Of a stretch of DNA of 64,000 bases, positions 10,279 through 20,076 are shown one piece after another; the first letter of the stretch is position 1, and every line of letters starts with the position of its first letter. The stretch is from a virus, in the IMG/VR virus record IMGVR_UViG_3300021962_000031, one strand, 5' to 3'. The notes beneath the pieces are model-generated. The model had not been told where the DNA came from and searched no databases. It saw only the letters and a list, made by a program, of their open reading frames with translations. The translations under genes and the position numbers were made by a program.

Positions 10279-10536
10279 TCAATTAACAGGGCCAATCTTG
10301 GTGGGGACAAACTGGGTTAAAGCCAAGTTGAGTTCAGCCAGGCTAGGCTCCTTGCCGTCTTCAAAGAGGTTAAGGATGTAGCAAGCGAATTCTGCAAACC
10401 AAGGTTGACCGGCCAGCTTGGTCAAAGCATCAATGGCTTTGTCATCGGTAGTGCCTGGCAGAATCTTCTTTAGCCAAGTTGCAGTTCCAACCACAATCTC
10501 GACATAACGCTTTACCTGATCAACATCAGTAGCCAT
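10279..10536 (-). CDS. hypothetical protein
   Basis: ATG with GGAG RBS, co-linear in operon. Confidence 0.6.
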   Translation of the reverse strand: MATDVDQVKRYVEIVVGTATWLKKILPGTTDDKAIDALTKLAGQPWFAEFACYILNLFEDGKEPSLAELNLALTQFVPTKIGPVN

Positions 10537-10577
10537 TTCTGTGTCTCCAAGAGGGTATTTCGCACGGATCACCCATA

Positions 10578-11093
10578 CTAACCTTCCTGGGCCATGAGTC
10601 GTTCTTTGAGGTTTTTCATGGCCTCATTCTTCCTTTTCCTGGCCATTTGCTTTGACCAGCCAAACTTGGCCGAGACTTCCCTCAGAGAGCGACTTTCTAG
10701 AAAATAAAACTGCACGATCTCACGATCCTCATCGTTCAGTTGATCAACCGCCTCTCTAATCCATTCATCGTCAACGGTGGGGAAGCTCTCCTCGCCCACA
10801 TCAGACTGGCTAGCTTGTTCTAGAGGGACAGTCATAGATAGAACTTTTGTGGAATTTTTCCGAAGCTCCCGCTTACATTCCCATTCGCAGAAACGAAATA
10901 GGGAGGTGGTGAACTTCTGGTTGTAGCTAGGGTCGTGGCATTGCAGGGTGCGCCAGAGAGCATAAAGACTGCAAGTGTAAAGATCATCGGGATGTAGGAG
11001 CGCAGCGTAGCGCGAGGTTACTTTCCGCATGATATTGCGATTGTCCTCGATCTTAAGGGCCTCCTCCAGCTGCTCAGTCGTAACATCACGCAT
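10578..11093 (-). CDS. sigma-70/ECF-like RNA polymerase sigma factor
   Basis: ALWRTLQCHDPSYNQKFTTSLF (region 2); LNDEDREIVQFYFLESRSLREVS (region 4 HTH). Likely start ATG 11093 rather than 11561. Confidence 0.85.
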   Translation of the reverse strand: MRDVTTEQLEEALKIEDNRNIMRKVTSRYAALLHPDDLYTCSLYALWRTLQCHDPSYNQKFTTSLFRFCEWECKRELRKNSTKVLSMTVPLEQASQSDVGEESFPTVDDEWIREAVDQLNDEDREIVQFYFLESRSLREVSAKFGWSKQMARKRKNEAMKNLKERLMAQEG

Positions 11094-11703
11094 GACCGCA
11101 CTTCTCCCAGCTTGAGGAGACGATTCGGTCTGCGAGTCCATCGTCTGTGAGTGCTTTGAGAAGGGACTCTCGGTCGCTGCCACTACAGGCCCAGAGCCGT
11201 CCGTCTGGCATTCGGCAGATTGCCCAAACTTCATTCTTATGTTCCTCTGCGAGTTGTTTCTCAAGAAGGCGAACTGCCGCATCTTGTTTTTTGCTGACCG
11301 GCTTGGTTGGGGGAGGCTCCGGAACTCCACACAATGCGTGGTCGATGGCAGTTTGAACTGACTGAGTGTCAAACAAATTGGCAATGCCGACCCACATCCG
11401 GTAACGAGTCCAGACCCGGAGGATTTCCACCCCCTCGATCTGCTCGACTGCCGAAACAACTTCTTTCGTGATGTCGAAATTGGTGTGGCAAACCCAGAGC
11501 TTGTACAGCTTGCTGCCCAGCCCGTGTTCGCCCATGGGGATAAGGCCATAGGGACCAGCAATCATGCGGACATGTCTGGCCTGCTCTTCCTCGTCGACGC
11601 CAAAAGAGTCAATAGTGGACTGTTCGCCAGACTGTTCGGGGTCCTTCCCGTCCTTCCAGCTCATGGGGTCTTGCCATTTGAGCCATTGCGTCTTGCGCTT
11701 CAT
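11086..11703 (-). CDS. hypothetical protein
   Basis: 205 aa, translationally coupled at both ends. Confidence 0.7.
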   Translation of the reverse strand: MKRKTQWLKWQDPMSWKDGKDPEQSGEQSTIDSFGVDEEEQARHVRMIAGPYGLIPMGEHGLGSKLYKLWVCHTNFDITKEVVSAVEQIEGVEILRVWTRYRMWVGIANLFDTQSVQTAIDHALCGVPEPPPTKPVSKKQDAAVRLLEKQLAEEHKNEVWAICRMPDGRLWACSGSDRESLLKALTDDGLADRIVSSSWEKCGHA

Positions 11704-12494
11704 GTCCCAGCTTCTCCCTGGAAAAATTTTCGATACTGCTTCCAGCCTCGGAAATTACCGATATCAACATCTCCCTTGAGTGCCACAGCCGTGTGTTCAA
11801 AGGGCGACCAATGACCAGATGCGGCCAAGCTGTCGTGAAGATCGAAATCCTTCTGGTAATTGATCTGGCCATCAAAGGTCTGGTAGGACACGCGGGCGGC
11901 GCGGGCGGTAGCAACCTTAAGGCGTTCTTCGTTGCTCAAACCTTCGCATTTGTCGCCGAAGGGAATATGCCATTCCCCTGGATTCAGGAAGGCTGGCACG
12001 CTGGCCTCCATTGCGTCCCTCATCTCATAAGCAAGCTTCTGCATCTCTGGTTGAGCGTCTGGATGACAACGCAACTTGAAGAAATTCTGCCATTCTGTGG
12101 CAGTAACGAGTACGGTCACTTTCATCCATGGCTCCAGCAATCTATTGACAATCTGCTTGTGAACGCCGATGGAGAGCATTTCCTTGGCCTTGAAGACGGC
12201 CTGGTCGCGGGCTTGAAGCCAAATAGACTCGGCTACCGGCTGGTCGGAAGGGGAAAGCTCCGCAAATGCCTGCATGCCGGACTGGTTTTTCCCCCAGTGG
12301 ACAGGCATAGCGGGGTCTTTTTCTACCTGCTCGATGATCTTATTGGTCGGAATGGCCCGGCTGCTGGCAGCGTTTCGACTGAAAAGTCGATGCGTGTTGA
12401 ACTCGGCCAAAATAAAACGAGGGAAATTAATCACCAGCGTGGTGATGCGGTTCCCAGCGGGGTTGACTGAATCGGCGATGATTTCGGCTGACAT
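11700..12494 (-). CDS. thyX: flavin-dependent thymidylate synthase
   Basis: AEFNTHRLFSRNAASSRAIP, HKQIVNRLLEP, FFKLRCHPDAQPEM, ARVSY, HWSPFEH. Confidence 0.9.
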   Translation of the reverse strand: MSAEIIADSVNPAGNRITTLVINFPRFILAEFNTHRLFSRNAASSRAIPTNKIIEQVEKDPAMPVHWGKNQSGMQAFAELSPSDQPVAESIWLQARDQAVFKAKEMLSIGVHKQIVNRLLEPWMKVTVLVTATEWQNFFKLRCHPDAQPEMQKLAYEMRDAMEASVPAFLNPGEWHIPFGDKCEGLSNEERLKVATARAARVSYQTFDGQINYQKDFDLHDSLAASGHWSPFEHTAVALKGDVDIGNFRGWKQYRKFFQGEAGT

Positions 12495-12907
12495 TACATA
12501 TCCTTTCTGAACAAAAAGGCTTCTGTTGGACTTACTACTGGTTCTTGCTCGTTGGTGCCGGGCAAAGCCAATTCCATGGCAACATGCATGGCCTTCATGG
12601 CATATTCAAATTCCGAGTGTCGATCATTGATAATGCCGCAACGAGCGAGAGCGAAATTGATAACGGCCAGCAACTTGCCAGTCTGAAGCAGACCCAAGAG
12701 GGTTCCTAGCTTTTCGGCATTGTCCACGGCTTGGGAGGTGGTTTCCGGCGTCGGCACATCCATTGTGCAACGGATGTCGTCACCTTCAAGCGTGATGTGG
12801 ACAGCCAGTTTGACCTCTTTCAAATCTTTTGGGCTGCTAGCAGCATGCTTTTTAGGTGCAGGGGGTCGGCCGCGCTTGGCCTTCCCAGACTTGTCCAACT
12901 TTTCCAT
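12494..12907 (-). CDS. hypothetical protein with N-terminal AT-hook-like KRGRP
   Basis: 137 aa, coupled to thyX. Confidence 0.6.
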   Translation of the reverse strand: MEKLDKSGKAKRGRPPAPKKHAASSPKDLKEVKLAVHITLEGDDIRCTMDVPTPETTSQAVDNAEKLGTLLGLLQTGKLLAVINFALARCGIINDRHSEFEYAMKAMHVAMELALPGTNEQEPVVSPTEAFLFRKDM

Positions 12908-13224
12908 TCGTAACCCTCCTCACGCACAGGCAACTCCTCTGGGATCATTCCCCCATATACGAGGAGTTGGGACCATGGATCGACAGATTCAGAAATCGCA
13001 GCAGCAAGCCTAAGTTCCACCCATCCTTTGTCGGCAATCCGGGCACCCACGCCGGTTAACTTGCGAAGAAGATCAGACGCAGTCTGGAGACCGTCTTCAC
13101 CAGGGATAGCCGGAGTGGTTGGCATGCGGTATGGCTGATTCTTGGTGGCCAAAAATTTGATCTCTTGGTTGCCACCAAAGGGGACGCAGGCCACGACCAG
13201 CCCGATCTTTAGGTCACAGGACAT
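12820..13224 (-). CDS. hypothetical protein, possible degenerate NUDIX fold
   Basis: PGEDGLQTASDLLRKLTGV loosely resembles a Nudix box lacking the acidic residues. Confidence 0.45.
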   Translation of the reverse strand: MSCDLKIGLVVACVPFGGNQEIKFLATKNQPYRMPTTPAIPGEDGLQTASDLLRKLTGVGARIADKGWVELRLAAAISESVDPWSQLLVYGGMIPEELPVREEGYEWKSWTSLGRPSAADPLHLKSMLLAAQKI

Positions 13225-14293
13225 AGGACACCCCCAAGGTTTCGCAAATCTTTTGGGCGGCAGTTTCCCAGGAGAGTTTTTTGGCTGTGTCGATGCCGAC
13301 TTCGTTCAAACTCATGACGCCTTCCTTCCGTAGACGATGCATGGTTTTCATGCCGTTTGCCAAAGCCTCGATGGTTAATTGTGTGAGTTGGTGCCAATTT
13401 CCGTTGCCGAAAAACCATTTGCCATCCCAGGCTTTTTCTTTGCCGCCGACAGGAACAAGTATGGAGTTCTCGCCATTGAGGTAATCGGTATGGGCGGTCA
13501 CCGGGGTGGCAATCACATGTCGCCCCATAGACAGAAGCTCAAGTGCCTCTAGATTCCAACCTTCCCCGCGACTGGGAAAGACTCCGCAGTGACAGGTGGC
13601 AAAAAGATCAGCGACTTCTTTGTGGGTCTGCAATCGCATGGGGATGCGAATCTTGCTTCCAAGCAGCGATTTCTTGTAGTAGTCCACCCATTCGTTTGTT
13701 TCTTCCGGCGACAAGAAGGGGTTGTCGCACAGCATGACCAATTCCACATCATCATCGGGGCCGAAAGCCCGCATGAAAGCCTGGAGAAGGACATCGTGAC
13801 CCTTGCGAATTTCCCATTTCCCAGCGTTGATAAACCGAGTAGGGCCGCCAACAGGCAAGGGTTTCTCGGCGAATACTTCGCGATCAACACCGCAATGGAT
13901 TGTTTCAATTTGACTGGTCACGCCGTTTTTGCGCATGACCTCCTTGGCCCAGTTCCCAAAGGCAAAAACATAATCCATTTGATTGAGTTGGTAGACTTCT
14001 TCCAGCTTCAGCGTGTCCAGCTCAAAGAATGTGGCTGCGGAACGCTTGCCGCGGGTAGGATGTTGCGCCAAATCCCAAGCATGCCATAGACGAAAAGATG
14101 GCGTGTGAGCGTTGTAAAATTTGGCCCGCTCCGAAGCTTTTTGAAAAAGCTCAAGCTCGTCGCTTGGGACAACAGCATTGCCAATAGGAAACAGAGACGG
14201 TTCAGTCCCGATTTTGTGAAATGCTTTTACCAAATTTCGGCCAACAGTTCCGTAACCCAAATCGTTGACGGGCGTGCAGACATTGATCGCCAT
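13214..14293 (-). CDS. glycosyltransferase, GT4-like (GT-B fold)
   Basis: GKWEIRKGHDVLLQAF, VFPSRGEGWNLEALE. Confidence 0.85.
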   Translation of the reverse strand: MAINVCTPVNDLGYGTVGRNLVKAFHKIGTEPSLFPIGNAVVPSDELELFQKASERAKFYNAHTPSFRLWHAWDLAQHPTRGKRSAATFFELDTLKLEEVYQLNQMDYVFAFGNWAKEVMRKNGVTSQIETIHCGVDREVFAEKPLPVGGPTRFINAGKWEIRKGHDVLLQAFMRAFGPDDDVELVMLCDNPFLSPEETNEWVDYYKKSLLGSKIRIPMRLQTHKEVADLFATCHCGVFPSRGEGWNLEALELLSMGRHVIATPVTAHTDYLNGENSILVPVGGKEKAWDGKWFFGNGNWHQLTQLTIEALANGMKTMHRLRKEGVMSLNEVGIDTAKKLSWETAAQKICETLGVSYVL

Positions 14294-15162
14294 CAATTTC
14301 CTCCGTGAAAATACTGCTTGCAATTTCCCCAGTAGGGATGGTCGGCTGAGGTTGCATTCCCATAAACGCAGTAATGACTAGTGAAATGAATGCCGTGGTT
14401 TATATGGACTGATGGGTTTTGACTTTCCCATGTCAGTCGCGTGTGATTTTGTGGTTCGACCAGCCCAGCATTGGTATGGATGGCGTTGGGGAGGATTGAT
14501 TCCAGATGGCGAATTGCGTCGTTAAAACGCAAGGTCATTTGATGGAAGGGTTGGTCGTGTTGTTTGCGGGGTTGAAAGCCCTCCCGACAAACCCCCTGGT
14601 AATTCATGTTGGTCATCACTTCCCCGTCAGAAAAAACGGGGAATTTGAAATAGTCCATGGGATAAAGAACATCATGTTCCAAGAAGGAAACATATTCGTA
14701 TTTGGCCATTGATCTGGCGGCGTATAAACATTGCAAAATTTGCAGGACTTGATTGAGGTGGGAGAGTGTCTGCGTCCAAGAATAGACTTCAGTGAAGGGA
14801 TTGCCGGGTATCGATTTCCACGGGCAAGTAACGACATCAGCCCCGCAAAAATCGCTGGCTTTTTTGATTGACTCAAGAGATTTCAAGATGCTAGTTTCGC
14901 AGCCCGCAGGATTGTAGGTATAAAAAACCCCCAATCTTGTGGCCGTTCGCTTGGGCAGGGTGACATATTCCCCTTCGGTAACTCTGAGAGTTTCCTGCTC
15001 GTCGCCAATCTGGTAGGCCAGATCAAAAGTTTTGACGGTGCCTGGCTGGGGGTCGCCAAAGACATGATTCCCGACCCGGAAAAACAACAGGCCTTCCTTG
15101 ACCAAGAACTTGACCGTATCAGTGACATCGCGTTGACCGTAAGTTGCCCTAAGAATTTTCAT
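14293..15162 (-). CDS. glycosyltransferase-like protein with N-terminal FGDP.PG..K domain
   Basis: ILRATYG..DVT...FGDPQPGTVKT; SFLEHDVLYP metal-binding-like motif. Confidence 0.65.
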   Translation of the reverse strand: MKILRATYGQRDVTDTVKFLVKEGLLFFRVGNHVFGDPQPGTVKTFDLAYQIGDEQETLRVTEGEYVTLPKRTATRLGVFYTYNPAGCETSILKSLESIKKASDFCGADVVTCPWKSIPGNPFTEVYSWTQTLSHLNQVLQILQCLYAARSMAKYEYVSFLEHDVLYPMDYFKFPVFSDGEVMTNMNYQGVCREGFQPRKQHDQPFHQMTLRFNDAIRHLESILPNAIHTNAGLVEPQNHTRLTWESQNPSVHINHGIHFTSHYCVYGNATSADHPYWGNCKQYFHGGN

Positions 15163-15893
15163 CAGGCGCCCTCGCCTGCTTTTTTGAGATGGCAATAATC
15201 CTGCGCCCAATGAGTTTGCAGTACGATCTCGCCTGTCCTGAGCCGCCCCTCCTGATTCTTCTGGGAGACATATTCCTTGACGGAATGGCTGACAGAATCG
15301 TTGTCCCATTTACTAACGTGGTAATTCCCAGTGACGTCCCAGCGGTAAATGTAAAAATAGTCAGACTGGGGTATTTCGGTGCTGAAGTGGCCGTATTCCT
15401 TGTAGAGGTCGTAGATCAGTTTCCGATCCACATTCATCCGATCCACTTCCTCGTAGCCACCGACCCCCCAAAAGGTATCCCGGTGAATGGCTAAGCAAGA
15501 GTGAAAAAGGTTGTAGGCCGGCTCGACTAAATTTTCCGCCGACAGGTAGAAGGCATTCCAGGTGTGGAACAAGCCATTTTTGAGGCGTTCAATGCTGTAG
15601 GAAAGCCGGTGGGGCAAAAAGATGTCGTCATCGTCCCAGACACACAGCACTTCTCCTGTCGCCGCCTTGGCTGTCAGATTGAACTTGCGGCCCAGACAAC
15701 AGACCTCTTCAGGCAGATTGACAATGCGAACCTGGGGATGATCAAAGATTAGCTTTTGTGAGGGGAGATCGTTGACAATAACCAATTCCTTCTCGCCCAA
15801 GTAATCTTGGATAAGAAAGGAATGGATGGCCTCCTCTAAGCATTCGGGACGGCCGTAGGTTGGGCAAAGACAACTGACCTTGGGCAAACTCAC
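15162..15893 (-). CDS. glycosyltransferase family 2
   Basis: VSCLCPTYGR, ELVIVND, WDDDD, FWGVGGY. Confidence 0.88.
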   Translation of the reverse strand: MSLPKVSCLCPTYGRPECLEEAIHSFLIQDYLGEKELVIVNDLPSQKLIFDHPQVRIVNLPEEVCCLGRKFNLTAKAATGEVLCVWDDDDIFLPHRLSYSIERLKNGLFHTWNAFYLSAENLVEPAYNLFHSCLAIHRDTFWGVGGYEEVDRMNVDRKLIYDLYKEYGHFSTEIPQSDYFYIYRWDVTGNYHVSKWDNDSVSHSVKEYVSQKNQEGRLRTGEIVLQTHWAQDYCHLKKAGEGA

Positions 15894-15958
15894 AGATTGT
15901 TCCTGTCAGGAGAAATATAATGTCTCTGACAGAATGATAGATAGGATGCTACAAAGGA

Positions 15959-16138
15959 TCAATTATCATTTTTGTTTGGAATTTCAATCACGCGGACATT
16001 GCGATAACCTTCCTGGATGTAGTCATCGGCCCGCTTCCAGGCTTTTTGCCAACCCATACCCCGATCTGGAAAAGACGCCAGCTTGACAGACCGGCGTTTT
16101 TCTGGGGGCGTCCCGTGTACCTCGTACACAGCAGACAT
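15959..16138 (-). CDS. small hypothetical protein (59 aa, below ORF-track cutoff)
   Basis: Manual translation MSAVYEVHGTPPEKRRSVKLASF...YRNVRVIEIPNKNDN*. Confidence 0.5.
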   Translation of the reverse strand: MSAVYEVHGTPPEKRRSVKLASFPDRGMGWQKAWKRADDYIQEGYRNVRVIEIPNKNDN

Positions 16139-16154
16139 GGGTCACCCGCCTTTT

Positions 16155-16484
16155 TTAGATTTTGGCAGTTTCTTCAGCTTGTTTTTCTAGCTTGTGAAAC
16201 TGGCGGCTGTGATTCCGAACATTGATGTTTATTTCGGCCATGTTTTGGGCCAACATGTCCTGATTTCGGACGAGAAGGTCCTGATTACGGACAATCAGGT
16301 CTTGGTTGTCGGAGATTTTCTCGACCGCCCCGCTGATCTTGTCGAGGAATTGAATGTGACGATTGGCGACAGGAAGTAAAATCTTATCGGCAGCCCAGTT
16401 AACTGACCGATAAAGCGCCCATCCACAAATGGCAAGCAGGGTGATCGGAAGGCCAAAACGCTCAAGAATAACTAGATAATCCAT
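16155..16484 (-). CDS. single-TM coiled-coil protein (holin-like)
   Basis: ERFGLPITLLAICGWAL then NQDLIVR heptad repeats; GGAGG RBS. Confidence 0.5.
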   Translation of the reverse strand: MDYLVILERFGLPITLLAICGWALYRSVNWAADKILLPVANRHIQFLDKISGAVEKISDNQDLIVRNQDLLVRNQDMLAQNMAEININVRNHSRQFHKLEKQAEETAKI

Positions 16485-16536
16485 GGCCAAGCCTCCGACG
16501 GTGCCAGGTAGGGATTGCCTACCCAGCAATACACCG

Positions 16537-16812
16537 TCAGCTTGCCGTAACCCCCTTCAAAATGGAGGTTTGCAGCCAGCCACGAATGAGCATGTTTTCC
16601 ATGCATTGGGCGACTTCTTTCGCCCCTCCCCGGATGGGTCCGTCATCCGGATGTTTCTTAACCCAGGACAGCACAATGTCGGCCATTTGGCGGGCAGAAA
16701 CCGGACCTTCAGGCATGAGACTATAGATCAGACTTTCCGTCGGAGTGTCGAATCTGGTCGATGGTCTCTTGGCCGACTTCACGAAATACACGGTCTGGTT
16801 CAGGCTCATCAT
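16537..16812 (-). CDS. hypothetical protein
   Basis: 91 aa with GGAGG RBS. Confidence 0.55.
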   Translation of the reverse strand: MMSLNQTVYFVKSAKRPSTRFDTPTESLIYSLMPEGPVSARQMADIVLSWVKKHPDDGPIRGGAKEVAQCMENMLIRGWLQTSILKGVTAS

Positions 16813-16954
16813 CTATCCTCCTACCCATATTGACCGGGTAAGGGCAGTGACGGCACCCGCCATGACAACATTTTCCGCGACTTAGGAGGTAAGTCCTTGT
16901 CAGAACATAACTTCCGTTTTCAATATAATAATCGCGGCCTTCTACTAAGTTCAC
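16721..16954 (-). CDS. DUF5522-like Cys-rich protein
   Basis: DYYIENG.YVLT..YLLSRGKCCHGGCRHCPY; GTG start overlaps upstream stop. Confidence 0.7.
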   Translation of the reverse strand: MNLVEGRDYYIENGSYVLTRTYLLSRGKCCHGGCRHCPYPVNMGRRIDDEPEPDRVFREVGQETIDQIRHSDGKSDL

Positions 16955-17307
16955 GAAAGCGTCAACAGATAGAGTGTTTTGTAAGACAAAGCTAGGGCGT
17001 TGTCGATAATGTTTTGATGGTAGCTTTGCACCCCAGGAATCATTTGCGGTGCAGCCTTCAGGATAGCGCAAAACTCTTTCAGGTAGGCTGAAAAATCCAC
17101 ATTGGCCGGGACATTCATTGGCGCATCCAGGTTCAAGATGCCATATTCGCCCTGGATCACTTCGGCCAGCTCATCAGCAATAGCCAGAATGCCATCATAA
17201 AACTCGTTAGATGCTTTGTGTGCCGCAAAAGAACGGGTCGCCAAATGAAAATGGTGAGCAACCTGCCTAGCTTCAAATAACTTATGAATCAGGGTGGAGA
17301 AATCCAT
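16951..17307 (-). CDS. Dps/ferritin-like four-helix protein (DUF5856-like)
   Basis: HHFHLATRSFAAHKASNEFY...DELAEVIQG. Confidence 0.7.
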   Translation of the reverse strand: MDFSTLIHKLFEARQVAHHFHLATRSFAAHKASNEFYDGILAIADELAEVIQGEYGILNLDAPMNVPANVDFSAYLKEFCAILKAAPQMIPGVQSYHQNIIDNALALSYKTLYLLTLS

Positions 17308-17322
17308 GGGATTAAACCTCTT

Positions 17323-17589
17323 TTATTGAATGCTGTCGCCGAGAAAGAATTTACCAATAGAGGTAGCGGCGGGTGGGTTGGTCTGCTTGATACTGACTTG
17401 CGACGCAGTAGGAGTCTCTACTCCGCTAGGCATAACGGAATAGTCAGCACCGAAAGCGACCTTTTTGAGGATTTGCTTTTGCTCGGCATAGAACTGCTCG
17501 GTAATGACCTGAGTGTTCTGGGTGAGCGCACCCGACCCGTGGGGAACCATCTGGCCGGAAACAACAGGATTGCCGTAAAGATCGGGCAT
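17323..17589 (-). CDS. hypothetical protein
   Basis: 88 aa, GAGG RBS. Confidence 0.6.
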   Translation of the reverse strand: MPDLYGNPVVSGQMVPHGSGALTQNTQVITEQFYAEQKQILKKVAFGADYSVMPSGVETPTASQVSIKQTNPPAATSIGKFFLGDSIQ

Positions 17590-17649
17590 TTTTTGATCCT
17601 CGGGGGGTGTAAACCGTAAGGTAATACACCACCCCCAAGGACTGAAAAA

Positions 17650-17943
17650 TTAAACGGCTGCCTTGCTTTTAACCAGATCAGTTTTGATTAGGTTGAGTCG
17701 TCCTATCAGTGTGTTCAGCGCAGCGATATCAATTGGCTTGCCGTGTTTCCTTTTTAGTTTCTTGAGCTTTACCCCCAAAGTTCGATAGGATGAAGCCCTA
17801 GACAAAACAATTTCTTTAGCCATCATTGGCGCATTTTTTGTCTTTGCCAGAGCCTTCATTTTATCGACAACTTCTGAGACAGTATTGCTAGTTTCCCAGG
17901 CAAGAACAAATTCTTCGGGCGAAATCTTGTAATCAGTCTTCAT
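17650..17943 (-). CDS. basic hypothetical protein
   Basis: EEFVLAWETS...RASSYRTLGVKLKKL; GGAGG RBS. Confidence 0.65.
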   Translation of the reverse strand: MKTDYKISPEEFVLAWETSNTVSEVVDKMKALAKTKNAPMMAKEIVLSRASSYRTLGVKLKKLKRKHGKPIDIAALNTLIGRLNLIKTDLVKSKAAV

Positions 17944-18115
17944 ATCCCACCTCCGTAGTAAAAACCTCCCACTCCAACATTCGATTACGACAAAAATCCT
18001 ATTGATGAACACCATCAATAATTTTTATCGCCAATTTAGCATCAAGAGTTTTTGACCAATCGTCAAGGGGTGACTTGTATTTAATAAGATTATATCTTTT
18101 GTTATAATAAAGTAT

Positions 18116-18143
18116 AAAGCCCGCCAGAATTACTCTGGCGGGC
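18116..18143 (-). terminator. intrinsic terminator
   Basis: GCCCGCCAGA-ATTAC-TCTGGCGGGC stem followed by TTT on the minus strand. Confidence 0.65.
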
Positions 18144-18174
18144 AATTGCATTTTAGTGACTTGCCGACCGGATA

Positions 18175-19359
18175 TTAAACAGCAAGCCCCAAAACTTTAT
18201 CCACAGCTTCAGAACGCATGGCTTTTGCTCTGGCCTTTAGGTTGTCCCAATCATTGAGACTAAGTCCGGCCAAGCGACCTCCGATAGTATCGAAAGCGTA
18301 CCATTGCTCGTTACTTAGACTTTGTCCGGCGCGAGTGAAGGCATTCACCACCCCAAACAAAGTATTCTTGGAAGAATCTGCCGCCAAAACTTCTTCCTGG
18401 TAAGCAGCCAAGACCTTAGACATCGGTTCTTTGGTGACTTTAAACTCCTGAGCCAGAGCGGCGAAAACCGGATAGATGGAACCACTATCCCATTTCTTGG
18501 ATCGTGTTTCCAACAACTGACCAATACCGCGAGGCAGGAGGGGGATTTGAGTCTCCAAGTTGCCTCGGATGGCGACATAGAGAACTTCGTAATCTGGCTG
18601 GCCGTTGTGGCGCATCTTGAGGGCAATGCCCTTGGTTTGATCCCAGATGCAACCATTTTGGCAGATAGCCCTAAAAACTGACGGCAACGAGGAAAGGTGT
18701 CGCAGGCCAATCTCGGAATTGCCAACGGAGAGCATCCCGCCGTAGTCGCTATCTGATTCTTTCCGGATAGAATCGGGAATAAGGACATTGCCATAAATGG
18801 TGTCGGCATCTCCTCTCCAATGCGAAAGAAGGCCGTTGGGGATGATTTCTTTGAGGGTTTTCAACAGCCACTCATTATCAACTTCCATGTAGCGTTCGCT
18901 CAAAACGGCACGGAGAGTGCCGTCTTCACGGGTGCGCCAAAGAAGATTCTTTTCCTGATTGAGGTGGCGAAGACCATTCTCTATCACTCGCACAAGAACT
19001 TCATGATCTTGTGGGTCTTTGCTGCCGTACAATTTGGTTGGCAGGAAATTGCCGACCCCAGCCCAGCGGGCCATCTGATTAAGAGCGTGAGAAGTCGGAC
19101 GGAACTCTTTGCCTGAATCATGGTCTCGGATGACCATGTTTCCAATGCTGTCCAGGCTAGGACGAAACTGAGAGACAGGCGCCTCAAAGTCCACATTTTT
19201 GGACCGGCCCTCATAGAGCTTTTCCAAGCCCTGGTCAAAGGTGATGCATTTGTCCAACCATTTTCGGCTGACATTCTTGAAGCCGTCTTTGCTTCCCATT
19301 TCTTGGTTCTGGTGAACAAAATCGCCATTTTTACCGCTGCCAACAAGTGTATCGCTCAT
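18175..19359 (-). CDS. DUF932-like phage protein
   Basis: LRAVLSERY..VDN, GNSEIG, R.IC.NG, RH.G, NTLFGVVNAFT. Confidence 0.7.
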   Translation of the reverse strand: MSDTLVGSGKNGDFVHQNQEMGSKDGFKNVSRKWLDKCITFDQGLEKLYEGRSKNVDFEAPVSQFRPSLDSIGNMVIRDHDSGKEFRPTSHALNQMARWAGVGNFLPTKLYGSKDPQDHEVLVRVIENGLRHLNQEKNLLWRTREDGTLRAVLSERYMEVDNEWLLKTLKEIIPNGLLSHWRGDADTIYGNVLIPDSIRKESDSDYGGMLSVGNSEIGLRHLSSLPSVFRAICQNGCIWDQTKGIALKMRHNGQPDYEVLYVAIRGNLETQIPLLPRGIGQLLETRSKKWDSGSIYPVFAALAQEFKVTKEPMSKVLAAYQEEVLAADSSKNTLFGVVNAFTRAGQSLSNEQWYAFDTIGGRLAGLSLNDWDNLKARAKAMRSEAVDKVLGLAV

Positions 19360-19557
19360 CTTGAACCTTGCTCCACTTATCCCACTCTTGACGGTTGCTC
19401 CAATGCTTCCGCCTCACACATACTATGACAACCCATACAGACTTGACAATAGGATTTTACTAATTTTGTTTGTTTGGCTAAATAATCGAATTATTAAAAA
19501 AGCACCCTCCACCAAAGTGAAGAGTGCTACGAAGGAGTTTTTCAGTAAAACTACCGC

Positions 19558-20076
19558 CTAAAACTTACCTTTGCTCATCAGTTTCAAGCGCAACTCGCGA
19601 ACCTGGCCAAATATCTGATGAATTCTTTGCTTAGATAAGCCGATTTCTCGGACAATATCTATGACATTGTTGCCACGCCTGACCATCTCAATTACCTGCC
19701 GGTTTTTCTCGCTCAGTCGCCTCATGAGAACTTCAGGTCTATCGTCATATTCTTCTGGATAAAAAACAGCATCGTAATCAGCAATATCATGGGCGGCTTT
19801 CTGCTTCCTCTCTTTTTTGTAAACATCCAGAAAAGTCCACCTCAAACACTTAGTCAGATAAGTCAAAAAATTCGTCTTCCGACTAGCGTCATAGCTCTGC
19901 ATTGCCCGCCAAAGAGCAATTCCAGCAATGTGAACAGCTTCTTCTTTTCCGAGCTTGCCGACCCAATTTTGACTGCACTTATGCAGACAAGCTTCGTATT
20001 TTTTGTAATACTCGCTGTACTCTTGGTCGGACACTTCCCGGACTGGCTTGACGCCAATAATGCTTGCTAAACTCAT
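19558..20076 (-). CDS. sigma-70/ECF-like sigma factor
   Basis: IALWRAMQSYDASRKTNFLTY; IVREIGLSKQRIHQI. Confidence 0.85.
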   Translation of the reverse strand: MSLASIIGVKPVREVSDQEYSEYYKKYEACLHKCSQNWVGKLGKEEAVHIAGIALWRAMQSYDASRKTNFLTYLTKCLRWTFLDVYKKERKQKAAHDIADYDAVFYPEEYDDRPEVLMRRLSEKNRQVIEMVRRGNNVIDIVREIGLSKQRIHQIFGQVRELRLKLMSKGKF

